Below, piece after piece: positions 49,901 through 62,400 of a stretch of DNA of 64,000 nt. A model generated the notes under the pieces. The model was not told where the DNA came from, made no database searches, and saw nothing but the letters and a program-made list of their open reading frames with translations. This DNA comes from Phoronis australis (Eukaryota; Animalia; Phoronida): NCBI GenBank assembly GCA_002633005.1, contig NMRA01000009.1, positions 1,101,169 through 1,165,168 on the forward strand, given 5' to 3'. Position numbers and translations under genes: made by a program. Position 1 is the first letter of the stretch. Each line of letters starts with the position of its first letter.

Positions 49901-51245
49901 AAAATGAATACAGGTAAATAATGTATAATAGGTAATCTCTGGTAAGAATGGCAATAAAAAGCGCCACAAGAGATGTTGTAAGACAGCTCATGCCCATCCG
50001 CAAGGACGCACGAAGGGAGAGAAATGAAAAGAAAATTTGCAGGACCACTTACAAACGCTGTCAGCCGGATACCCAACCTTAACAGTCCGGGTGCCAAACC
50101 GGAGTGGGAGGTACGATTTCTAGGGCTGGAACAGGTGCCGGTGTTGTCTCACCCCGTGTCGTGGCGGGAAGAAAAGTAGATAAATGACGGGAAAAACAAG
50201 GGAGAAATAACGAACTTAAATGCAACAAACTAACAGGTAAGCTAGAGCACAAAAACGGGGTACGTAAACTAAAATGAAACGAGAGAGAAACGAAAAATTC
50301 GTAAGATGAGCGACGATCAGTTCCTCCACAAACAGCAACTCCTCAAAATGCGGCGTGCGTGCGGTCATACAACAAAAACACTACAATGCGCGATAGTTGA
50401 ACGGAAATGAAGAAATTCCAAAATAAAAAATACAAACCGGGGGTATACTCACATTTGGTGATAGATTGATTGGCTGCTGATGGATGCAGTACAGACAATC
50501 TTCGCCACCGACCATTAATGCGTTCTCGTTATCATCGTTTCCCATTCTCAAAAATAATTTCTTTTCTCATGAACCGCAGTTCTTTCCCGCAAATGTATCC
50601 AATTATTTTCTTGTAAACCACACTTCCCTGTTGCAGTGTACAGAAATATTTGTTATTGTATAAAGTGCGTTCAACCGCTGCCTTCTGTCCGACGTAAAAT
50701 CAAGTGCTGTTTATGACAAAAGATCCCTGAGTTGAAATAAATTGAAAAAATGTGTTAATCACACTCAGGTACATTGTTAATTAGAACGCCCGTGTGGAGT
50801 GTGAGGGGGAGATAGTCTACCCTGGGGCAAGGTGATGGTAATTAGCGTAACTATAGACGAGGCGTAAAGTTAGAAATGACGCGCTAAGTTTGACCAGATA
50901 AGCATTTTGTCATACGATGGTTTTGACACGGTTGTGATCGTGTTCTTGATTTTGTATACATTGCAATATTGGCCAGTTAACTGGACATGATTGCTTCAGC
51001 AACTAATCAGTCTTCCAAAAACTTCATTCTAGATAGGTGAAGTTGATTTTTTTTGCTAGCAATGCAAATTTGCGAAATCAATTTGTACTAAAAACTGTTA
51101 TTAAGTTAAACATCAGGAACGCCGAGACTAAGTTAGTACTCCAGCTGAGTAGGGAACGTAAGTTTGAATTTGGATTAAGAGATGCAACGCTTGGTAATGA
51201 AACAGCGCAACATGTCTCACTATGAATGATAATATGTATTTTTAG

Positions 51246-51416
51246 CTTTTGCCGTCAAATGTTGGAGTTGCACTGACAATAAAGCTACACCCGATCCTCT
51301 TTGCCAAGACACGTTCATGTTGAACTCCTCCAGCCCGGAAGCCAAAAACAAAACTATTGAGTGTTCCTCAGGATGTTTGAAGAGTGACAACGGCAGCGTC
51401 TCTTCTTTCCTAGGAA
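51246..51416 (+). CDS. Ly6/uPAR three-finger (quiver/sleepless-like) GPI-anchored protein, penultimate exon
   Basis: Boundaries ttttag and gtaagt, 171 nt, phase 1-1. Encodes FAVKCWSCTDNKATPDPLCQDTF...KTIECSSGCLKSDNGSVSSFLG, Cys 1-5 of an LU domain. Confidence 0.88.
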
Positions 51417-52304
51417 GTAAGTTTTTGACTAGATATCTAAGTCAATGTGTGGAAACCACTCCACGTCAGTGCCAGCTTTGATCCCCTAAACCCTAGTCGC
51501 TGACCAGCAAACACCAAGCCTATGGTAAGCTTATGGGTCTGGAGTTGGTCACCGGGTATAGAGTATTTTCGGAGCATGTGTGCATGTGGATATTATGCTC
51601 AAATAACCGAAATTTATCATCCTATGTCAAAATTCACCGAAACACCAATTAATTTCTTCGAGGGTTCTTTCAGATTGGCAACTTAACTTTTTTTGGTTAG
51701 AGTGATAGAGATTTTATCTAATTTCAGCTTGCATCAAAGTTCCTTGACGAATCATCAATTTGTTACAAGAATACACCAGTCGCTTACCGTAATTAAAATC
51801 GTCAATGAATCAATTGATTTCCTTAGAAGCATAAACTTGACTTGTGATTTATATCAAATTGCATATAATTAAAAAAAACATAAGAAAGAGGGCTATAATG
51901 AATTTCATAATTAGGCTATACCAGGTCAGGGAGGGGTGCCTGGAGAAATACAAATTTGCATTCCCTAAAAATTTGTTTTCTTGACATTAAAAATCTAAAT
52001 CAATTTTGCTCTGAAAAATCTGTGCATAACAAATTTTCTCGGACGTTTTCGAAGTAGGCCTTTTCTGGACTGACCCTGTCCCCCGCCCTTCGCCTATGCA
52101 TGCCGGTCGTCAAGAAGATTTCTCGTGTCACCCTCACACCAGAAAATCCAAGATTAAATTTATTTCGTTCTATTTGTTTTCGCAATGAATTTTGAGCAAG
52201 TGTTACATCGTGTGTTTATGCGAGAACGTGTGTGTCTTTTCAAACGAGAGAACTCTGAGAAAGTTGGAATCCGCAGAACATCGTGTAGTTCAATACCATA
52301 TCAA

Positions 52305-52697
52305 TATCTATCTATTCATCCATCCATCTACCTACCTACCTACCCATACATGCTCACCTACCTATCAACCTACCCACCCATCTACTCACCAATTACATAC
52401 TCAACTACCTACCAACCTACCCACCAACCAACCTACCGACCCACGAACCTAACTACCCTCCAATCTACCTATCCACCAACCTACCTACTAACCCAACTAC
52501 CTCCTATCCTACCTACTCGGCACCAACCTACCAACCCAACTACCTACTCACCTACCCACTGGTACCTATCCACCAACCTACCCACCAACCTACCTACCCA
52601 CCAACCTACCTACCCACCAACCTACCTACCCACTCATCAATCCACCAACCTACCTAACTACCCGCTCACTTACCTACCAACCTTCCTACCTACCTAT
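52305..52697. repeat. Degenerate (CCTA/CCAA/CCCA)n microsatellite in the Ly6 intron
   Basis: About 390 bp of tetranucleotide variants. Confidence 0.95.
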
Positions 52698-52736
52698 GTA
52701 TTATCGGTATAACTATTACTATTTCAAACATTCTAG

Positions 52737-52987
52737 CATATGAGTGGAAGGTTCTCCGTGCTTGCTATGATCCAAACAGCGACCCGTACGGTGCAGCCAC
52801 ATCGGAGGGATGCAGATATAATTACGATACAAAGTACAATGTGGGACTCCTTCAGGTCACAACCAAGGCTGACGCAGGCTGCTATTGCAACAGCGATTAC
52901 TGCAATGGCGCAATCAGGCTAGCAGTAACACGTGGTGTGTCGCTAATTGGCTTAATTTGTACAGCAGTCATATTCACAGCACTGTAG
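52737..52987 (+). CDS. Ly6/three-finger protein, last exon with GPI-signal tail
   Basis: Acceptor ttctag, phase 1. Encodes TYEWKVLRACYDP...EGCRY...AGCYCNSDYCNGAIRLAVTRGVSLIGLICTAVIFTAL*, with the CxCxxDxCN motif and a hydrophobic C-terminus. Confidence 0.9.
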
Positions 52988-53098
52988 TGTCACTACTTTT
53001 AGACAAACATAGCATAATAGGTTCTGGCCTGTGACCAATTCATTGGAATCCTGCTCCTTCATGTTCGCTGAAATTGACACCCACCGGCATTACTTTAA

Positions 53099-53502
53099 AG
53101 TGGAAACTGCACGCTAATTCCTTATCACTGTGATTGCTTGGTCAGATTAGTTAGAAACACAACATATGGCGACGACGTGAATATCAAATTCTTTGAAAAT
53201 TACCAAATGTTTTTAAGAACACGTTTTGTGTCGAAAATGGTCGTACGTAAATCACTCAACCGTGTAGAGCAAGTATCGTGACGTGGTGTTTGGAATAACA
53301 CTGTAGTGCGGGCTATCTGAGCCCCCAAGGTACGTTATTTGTGCAAAGGTCACCTATCTTCAGATTTTTTGTTTGTTTTCACATTTCAGGTTGCCAATGA
53401 ATACAACTGCACTTTGTTTAACGTAGCTAGAAGATGTTCAAATAGCATTGTCGTGTAGTTCCTGCTATACGTTAACTTAGTTAGGAGCATGCAAATACAT
53501 CT
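53099..53502. mobile_element. Possible Kolobok-type MITE downstream of the Ly6 stop
   Basis: ttaa-AG...CT-ttaa with imperfect TIR AGTGGAAACTGCACGCT vs AGATGTATTTGCATGCT (11/17 match). Resembles the terminus at 8807. Confidence 0.4.
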
Positions 53503-55302
53503 TTAAGTTCTTTTTTCAAAAGTCACACAAACTTGTGATAGATATTCTCTTTGTCAAAGTAGATTGACAACTTAGCAACAGTCGCCTCCTTTAATTACAG
53601 TAATTGATTAAGACAGGGTATCTAAAGGGAACTACAGTTTTATGTAGCCGTCAGTGCCCTAGGCCTTGTCGACCAAAATACAGCCAATGACGTCACTGGC
53701 TCGCTGAACTGGGCAAAAATCCCGCACCACTTCGGCTCATGTCAGATAATTAGTTATCAGAGGCAAGAAACATTGGTGGTCGTGTAATAAACATTGAACG
53801 ATACCTCGGGCATATCGGGTTAGGTGGACCTTGTGAGAGCGATGTCGACCTCGGCCTTCAGCAGCGTTGCTCTCCTTGCGTCCGTGTATAACCTCATATG
53901 GCCCTCGAGATCGGTCTATGTTTGTATTTTTATAGTAAAATTTGTAGCCTAACTACAACGGTGAGAAATGACAATCTCATGTAATATGTATACAGGAGCT
54001 TACAGTAATTGTATTGTGATATATAATAAAATGATTTTTGTTATAGTTAAGCTGTTCTACATATATAAATGTTCAAGATCAAATTTCATAAACGCTGTTA
54101 AGGTGTTCTAGATTGTTACTTCAATTGTCATAATACAAAAGTGGAACATTTTAAAAAACAAGTCCTAACAGTGAAGCATTCACATAAATCTGATCATCCA
54201 TGATTTTTGAGGCACGAAGTTCCGAAGTTGGCCAAAGTTGGACATTTTTCTAGGAATCTACATAACCTTAACGGCTATTGACCCGTGTGTAGGCCTAAAA
54301 CCTTTGTACATACAAGGAAATAATAAAAAGACCGATCATCAGCTCTAACAAATGGGTCTTTAAATTTTCACCGATCGTATCGAAACGTATCGACTAGTCG
54401 CCTACGATTGACAGGAAGCGATAGGCCAGTGGACTCAAAGTTGACCAATGTTGCCAAAATTAATAGCATTCATGCAGATACCCGGAATGTCCTGTTTGCG
54501 GTTGAAAATTGTTTTTCGTGATCGACATATGTCCCGAATGATATGGTAGTTCGTGCGTCGCAACCTCATTACCAGAGATGAAACCAAGACCTGGGTAGGC
54601 GATATAAGGTCATTTATTATGACTAATACAATTACAAGTAAGGTCATTTATATGACAAATATAATTATAAGTAAGGTAGTTATATGACTAATACATTTAC
54701 CAGTAGTAGTGACTAAACATAAGTGAGGTAAAAATACTAATCTCCGGGGTGGGAAAATTTGAGAAGTTCTAGACACGCTGGTTTCTGCCGATTCTATCTA
54801 TGCATATTCTACACATACATCTGTGTATTGCGCATGCCTCGGAGCTTGCCGTCAATGATTGTCTCACCAGATACTTGATATAAAATCTGTGGTATCTGGT
54901 TATTTGAGCAGAGCACATAATGTATGTTCTTTTTAATGATTCATAAAGTGCGTAAAGTTAAACAAATATGCAATCAATTTATTGGCCACCATGTCAATGA
55001 ATTCAAATACTCTCCAGAGGCGCTTAGGTATGAATTACATGACATAAAAATATGTACTGCGCCAGATAAACTAGACAATGAGTTGTAAGTTTAACGAGTT
55101 TAATTCGCAGCCGACAATACAGCGAGGCGGAAACGGAAGGGCTCAGCCCAAACACCGTCGTACGAATAACGATGCAATGGCGTGGTTGCCTCTTATGTCA
55201 CTGAAAATGAGGTAAACTTACGGGTAGTAGAAAACAAAAACAGTAAACACGGTGCTAATAAGATTCCCAGTTACTATGGCGTTAACAAAGTACAAAGTAA
55301 AA

Positions 55303-58300
55303 TCAGTCATAAAGCCAATCGTCTGTTTGCCAATGAGGTTTGTGGTGCTGCCTTTGCGATTTTCTCTGGGCCTCTGGATGAGCAAGGAAGACGGGGTTCA
55401 ACAACAGGCGTTGTCGTAGAACCAGGCTGGCGGGATGCATCAGAGGGAGGAACGATGGTGGATGGCACAGCTGGGGCGAGAAATGGGCCACATGAAGGTG
55501 GTACACCGTCGTTGCACCATGGAGCTGGGTCGCAGGACGAGGGCAACGATGAAAAGGATACTGGAACAGCGGAAGACGGTGGGAACTCGTCGTCGTCATC
55601 GTGGCCACAAGGGGCAGTGACGGGTGATGCAGCTGGAATGTCAGTAATCTCTGACGGAACACGGTAACACTCGCTGCGTTTGACACGGTAAGAAGTATTA
55701 CGTAACTGATCTCCAGAAAATTTCCGAACACTCAACCACTCGCCATCGGAAGCAACCACGAGGTATCGTGGACGGGCTCTGGTCTTGTCCCTATCAAAGT
55801 AGAGGTAAACGAGATCGACGATGGATGCGTCGCATTTTACTGCCTGGTTGGTCAAAGGAGCCGGATCGTGCACTGGGTCCATGGTTGATGGAGCACCCGT
55901 TGTCGTTGGGAAGAGATCAACAAGTTGTCATGAACTGGTATTTGGCAATTGGTGAACTGGTCGCACTGAAACCACATCTCTCTGGCAGACAATCCGGTGG
56001 AGCGAAGGCGGCTGTTCAATCGAGCAACAGCAACACCCAGCTGTAAGGAACTGACATTGCCGGCTCCATGCTGATCACGCAGTAACTCGTGTGATAACTC
56101 CTGTATGGCCTTCTCTACGACAGGGTTATGTTTGGGATTCTTGATGCGTCCGATCTCAATTGAAATGCGATGATGCTCTAGGAGTTTGTCCTTTTTAAGA
56201 GTCTGGAAACATGAAGCCGCATCTGTACGGATAACTGCACGAGCGCCGTCTAACGAGCGCAGTTCGAGACACATTTGGAGAAGAACATTTCGAAGATCCT
56301 CGTGGCGTTCAGTAGCAATGATACAAGCTGCTGTGTAAGAAAAGACGCACCGTGGCTCTCGGAGTACCAAAATCAGCTGTCGCTCGCGCTTCATGAAGTC
56401 AGCTGCAAACGATGTCCCTGTGGGTCGCAGGTGTATCAGAGGTACTCTGCAGGGTCGTGATTTTGGGGAAAGAGCGCATTGAACAACATTGATGGCACAT
56501 GCGTGTGCAACGATCAATGGCAGACTCTAAATCAAGTGCAAAGAAGTATCTTTGGGTGACAAGTTTCATTTATTGCGATGTGGGGTGGTCCAGCCGTAAA
56601 CGAAGTACCGAGAGTAAGCCGTCCAAGATGGGACGTGGAACGATAATGCGTTCTTCACGAGCGACGAGAGGCTTGTGTCACCGAGCCAGAAGTAAACCAT
56701 CTGATGCGATAGTGGCGACGTTGAGATAGTGTTTGACATCTCGAGCGTTGGTGTCTCTCTTGGAGGGCCGCGTCCCTTGGTTGAGATGAGAGTGTACTCG
56801 TCGTAACTCGGGAGACTCGGACTTAATGGATAACTAAGATGACCTCGTGGTGAACGGAAGTTTGTGTTCTCCCTGAAGGAACTCGGCAGCAGTCGCACGG
56901 AGCACCACACAATCTTCCAGCGTGTTCACGAAAAGGCACACTTGGCAAGAAGCGTCGATTCACTCTGGGCTGTGGCGACTCGCAAATTCGGAGACGATGT
57001 TAGTGGCACCCGATACGTGACGAACGATAGCCTGATAGCGAGAAACGGTGGAGAGAAACGTCGACAGGTGAGGACTGACTGAGAATTCGCCCCTGCAGAG
57101 TTTCTCGAAAGCTTGTACACAAGGCTTGCTGTCAGTAAGTATGATAGCAGGATGCGCTGACTGAATCAGATAAGGGCTAAAATGTTTCACGGAAGCAGCA
57201 ATGGCGAGAGCTTCAATTTCGCATGGGAGCCAAGTGACCTGATGTGATTTCAGTTTCGCACTGAAGAAGACGCAGACACGTGGCGTGCCCTCACGAGAGC
57301 AATATAGGGTACCAGCGATGCCCGGGTGTTTGGCGGAGGCATCCGTGACTATCCACAACTGATCGTCCGGTCTGGGTAAAGTGATAGTTTTATGCGTGGA
57401 CAATGCCTTTTGGACTGAGGTGAAGTCAACATGTAACTCATCGGTCCAGGTAATGCGGTCTTTGGAATCGCATCCCGATATAGCGGAGACCAGAGGGGCG
57501 ATGAAAGAAGCACAGTAAGGCAGGACTCTCGACATAGATTTCACGGCTCCGATGAAGGATCGCATTTGCCGAACAGTACCAGGTTTGGGACAAGACGAGA
57601 GAGCAGCAATCCGATGTGAGCTAGCTTGTAAAGTACCCATCTCCCAAATCCAGCCGAGGACTTCTGTGCGTCGTGGAGCTATGACTGTCTTTGTAGGAGA
57701 TATACGAAGATACGCCGTGGACAATGCATATAGCACCCTTTTCCAGTTGGTAATCAAGTCTGTGAAAGTCTGACCACCACAGTATAGGTCGTCAGCAAGA
57801 TTGGTGACGGCTCCTTCTTCCAAAAGCTCTCCCAATACACGACACGTCAACTCTTCCAAAGCGGTTTCCGAACCGGGCATACCCATGGCGCAACTTGCGT
57901 AGACACGGATACCTCGGAAAAGTGTGGATACGCCACAATATTTCATGGACTCTGGTGACAAAGGAATTTGATAGAAGGCACTCATAAGATCAGTCTTGAT
58001 GATGAACTTCCATTGAGCAATCTTCCGAAGCACTGAGTCTACGTCAGGCATGAGAGATGGTTGGGGCTTGGCGTGCCGGCCGACGTCTGAAAATGCTGTA
58101 ACTAAACGAAAACCTCCGTGGGGCTTCTTGACTAGAAACGAGGGATTAAGATATTCTACTATAATACCAACATCCTCTGGGCGGGCGAATACTCCCAGGA
58201 GCTCCAGCTCGTTGAATTTTTATTGCAATTCCAGGAGCTTGTCCTTGAAGTATTGGGGGAGGCGACCTTTCCTCCGGCGCCGTTGTACCCGGGGTATTGC

Positions 58301-59400
58301 GGGTCAATTACATGAGCAAATTCGCGATGCAGGTCGTGGAACCTGTCCCGATCTGCAGCATGCAGAATATTGTCGGGATTAACGGCAACAAAGAGATGAT
58401 GACCCAAGGTAGTTTTGGGGGATGAGGTACATTGGGTGGTTGTCGGGGATCCAGATGGAACCTCCGAAGGAGTGAACACGGCGTGTTCCTGGCAAAACTG
58501 CTCATCGCGTCGCAAAAATCGTGGTTCATCGGTGTTGTTGAACAGGCGATTCTTACCATTAGTCGGAACAAGAATGGCGGGTTGTGGCCATAGCTGGGAA
58601 ACACCAGTGGAGCGGAGGCTAATGCTGTCGCAACGAGGTTTGATCAGATTGCAAGATGTTTTTCAGGATCGGTGAAGTCAGATGGGGCCTCCAACTCAAG
58701 ACAATCACCAGGCCTGATGCATGTCGCGTGACGGAGCACGTAATACGCGGGACAGTCGTGCTGTGGGTCGTGGGACGGGTTGGCCATAAGTGTATGTAGA
58801 TCCGTCGGCCAACGTGATAACCTTACGAGCAGGTCGTACTGAAATGTCGTTGTAAGTCATAAATGGGGTTGCTGCCAAGACGTCTACGTCAAGAGACACG
58901 ATAACAAGACCGTGAAAAATGAAGGAATGCTTGTCACGTCTGAAGACAAGTCGAGTTTCCCCAACAACCTGTAGAGTAGATGTACCATCGGCCTGGAAGG
59001 CGGTTTGGGAGTTTTTACGAACTTTCGCGCCCAACAAACGTGCGCACGATGCGCTAATCATGTTTCCTGCTGCACCACAATCAAATGTCAAACGCACGGG
59101 GGTTTCACCAACAAATGTGTCGAGATAAAGAGACTGGACTATGTGGACGCGAAGCGCGACAGCGGAGTCAGGACAGAACTGCTCGCAAGATATTGTGTCT
59201 TGAGCGATGTCCTCCTCGGTGGCCTCGTCAACGTCGGTGGACCGGGCCTTGAGAAAGGCGCGCTTGTCGTCAGGCGGGAGGAACGGGCACCGAGACAAGA
59301 CGTGCTCTGAGGGAGTGCGGCGGGCGGTGGTGCATAAGACGCACGACGGGGTTCTACGGCGCCGAGGGGGGTTTGTCTTCGAGCTACTTATGCGCACGGA
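55303..59400 (-). mobile_element. Ty3/Gypsy LTR retrotransposon, decayed gag-end plus pol (protease-RT-RNase H-integrase); no LTR pair seen
   Basis: Gag knuckle CVLC-x8-H-x4-C, protease LTFDCGA...[28 protein letters not shown], RNase H IVTDAS..EIEALA..TDSK, and integrase FAAD..IRTD..NPVVE in Gypsy order. Multiple frameshifts and stops split the ORFs. Confidence 0.93.
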
Positions 59401-62400
59401 GCGAGTGTAGTAGGCCTATGTATATCCAAGTGGAATCTCTGCACGTTTGTAGTGTTTCACACCTTCAGTTCGCGCCAGCTGCTTAGGTTTCTCCTCTATG
59501 GCAATGACGGATGTCTCCGCTCGAACATCCAGGAATAAATATGCCAATTACGTACTCTTGTGTTTAGCCTACGTTCTCTTCGACCTCGCAGTTTTGCATT
59601 GTGTACCTATACAACTAGAGCATGCGCCATTTCGAGCCAATACTCTGCGGCGGAGCATTAGGCTTAGGCACTGCAATAGATTAAATATTTCATCTGCGCC
59701 GCTGGAAAAATGTAGCCAAAATTACTTGCTCTCATTTAAAATACATGGCAATATCCTGTGTAATCTCGGGAATTCTGTTTTTAGCGAAGTCCCCTTGAGG
59801 TTGAGCTCGACCTGCCGAGGTATACTCACTGATCTGCGGCACTATCTCGCATGGTTCTCACCGGTTGAGATTGCAGTAGACACTTACGACAGCACCTGCA
59901 CTTTCATGAGTGGCGTCTTTTGTTCGGGTATAAGGGGAAATAGGTGGATTCTGGTATTTACCGTTGTCTGTGCATGGCAAAATCCTTTTCCGGTTATTTT
60001 AGAAATTGAGAAATACAATAGGCCTACCAATTAAATCTGCCATTGATAATTGTCATTTAACGACGAAAATAGGATAACTATAACAGAAGGAAAGTGAAAT
60101 AACACACAGATGCCTGAGAATTCATCATGAACACCACCGCTGCTCAGAGTGATCCAGTATTCCAAATAATGCAATGAAGTTGAATTAGGGGCGTAACAAA
60201 CCGCCAGAAGTCATTATAGCAGAGTAAATTTGCTACCAACATACACAGGTGTCCCAAACACGTGCACATTACACTGAAATAACTGTCTTCTAACAAGATT
60301 ACTTGTTTAAATTCATAGAGATGATTAAAAATGAAAGGAATGGTTGTTGCAGCATCTTTACGCGTTTAGGGATATGTAGAATTCCATACTATTAGTTTTT
60401 TCTCCGAAAATGAGGCGTTTGTTTCTCATCCGTGCAGGACACACGATGGCTCACGCATCTGCCTTCATTGAAAGGTGCAACCATACAATTCTCCGATGAT
60501 CTGGAACTGAATTTGATCAGTCGTTGTATCGAATTACGAGTACATTCTAAAGGACACCGTATGTCAGTATCGATAAGACTGCTGCCGATCTATCCATGAA
60601 ATCGTGCCAACACGTGCAACGAATATTGTCTTTAGTTTAAGCTGTTTTGCTAAAACCGTTATGTATATGATTACACTGGACTGTTAACGAGGCATGGAAC
60701 GCGAAAGCTCGTCAAAAATATTTTAAAACAATTCCTGACGAAAGTACCATCTCGCAACCTCTAGTACAGAGTAATTCACTTTCCCCTGTGAGGAAATTTC
60801 CAGAAAAAAATCACGAAATTCACGATTTTTAAAATAAACGCGAAAAAAAACTCTGTGGTTACCACAGAGTTTTTGCTTGAAGCCGCTTCAGGTCAAGGGT
60901 CACATTTTCCATACAAGCGAAATGTACTACGTCTATGTTTTACCATACCAAATAAAAAGACGTGGTTTGCCTTGTGGGAGAAAAATCGACTAAGTGGCGA
61001 GCAGCTGATAAATATTTTTTTGAAATTTGAAACTAAAAGAAAATGCTTTGGTGTCAATAGAAATTTAAAATCTTTACAAACAAACACTAAAATACCTGGT
61101 GAGCAGGTTGAACATTGTTTCAGTGGCAGAGAACCACTTTCAATGCTGTAATTTAGTCTGTTTATTGCGTCCCAGGCCTCTTTAAAACCACGAAGTTTCC
61201 AAAATCACTATCTGATTTAGAATCAGAGAGGAGAGGAGTTCAGACCATCAGATGTGACCTTTGTGTAAGCAGAACGTCCTTCAATAAAAAATTCAGAACT
61301 TTAGTGAAAGCTCGGGCAGTTGATGTCACATGACAAGGGCGCCCGATAAGACAGAAAATATGCAACCAGTGCTGCTTTTACGGGAAAAGGTAGTTTTTCA
61401 TTTAAAATTGAAAAGATGAATAAATTTGCACTGGAATAGTGTGCAGGTCAAAATTTCTCAAGCTTTCATAACAAAGGTAAAGTGCCTGACTTCAAAGTGC
61501 GTGTAGGCAATACATGCAGCATTGAAGTGTTTAAGAACTAGGAGCTCCTGGAAGAGAGTGAATCTGGCACTGAGACAGTCACAGAGACTGCATGGTTCCA
61601 GCACCATCTGCGCCTCCGCATACACGGTCGGCACGGGGCAGGAGCTGCGTACCTCTGCACATGAAAGCTTCGCGTCAATTCAGAACCACCGCCCTAAAAC
61701 TCGAAGTCACAAGACAAAAATCCGTACCCTGACTAGGAGCAGCCTAAAGGCACAATCTGATAACGAGGCCACAAATTTTCAGTGTAAGAAAGGGACCGAG
61801 GCCATTTTTGACGTAAAGTAGGCCTAGTCATTTGTTGACAAAACGTGAATCATCAGTTGGAACAAATGAAGACATATATTCGCTTTATAGAAGCAACTAA
61901 AAACAAATGTGGAGTATGTTCGTTCATACTCCTTTTTTAACTCCCCCAAAAACTTTTCTACAGTACCCCCAAAACTTTTTGAAATTCCAGACACGTTAGC
62001 ACTGCCTATTGAACCTCGGCCGGGGTCTCTGCCACTGTGGCCCGGTGCCTATATTCCTCCGTCTTATGTTACCGAACTGATGTTCACTTGGTCTATTCCC
62101 CCACTCCCGGTCTTACACATTTTTTCTATACATCGGGAGCCAACTTATTGCTAATTAAAGTTGAAAATTAACGGCTGAAACTAAAAACTATCGGATTTTT
62201 CGTAAGCATCAACCAAATATAATCTTAGCGCTCCGCTTGTAAGACGCAAGCGCAAACATGCGTCATGTATAATGTGTTTTTCTCTGAAAGTTAAGTATTT
62301 TTAGTTACTGTTTCGGCGCACATATCTAGACTCATGCGCTTAAGGCCACCAAAATATTGCCCTTTAAACATTAAATTAACAAGTGGGAGCATCGTGCGGG

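Noticed and set aside
52185-52712. 175-aa Pro/Thr/Tyr-rich ORF (mucin or adhesive-like)
   Set aside because: It is the translation of a (CCTA)n-type microsatellite lying in the Ly6 intron.
49776-54640. Direct repeats as possible LTRs of the Gypsy element
   Set aside because: Both copies are on the same side of pol, they flank the Ly6 gene instead, and no TG..CA ends or TSD were found.
55182-58675. Several + strand ORFs of 60-160 aa
   Set aside because: Antisense shadows of the GC-richer Gypsy pol sequence.
60930-61820. Possible decayed SAP-domain or transposon coding sequence (KRRGLPCGRKID*)
   Set aside because: Too short and stop-interrupted, and no termini or further motifs could be supported.
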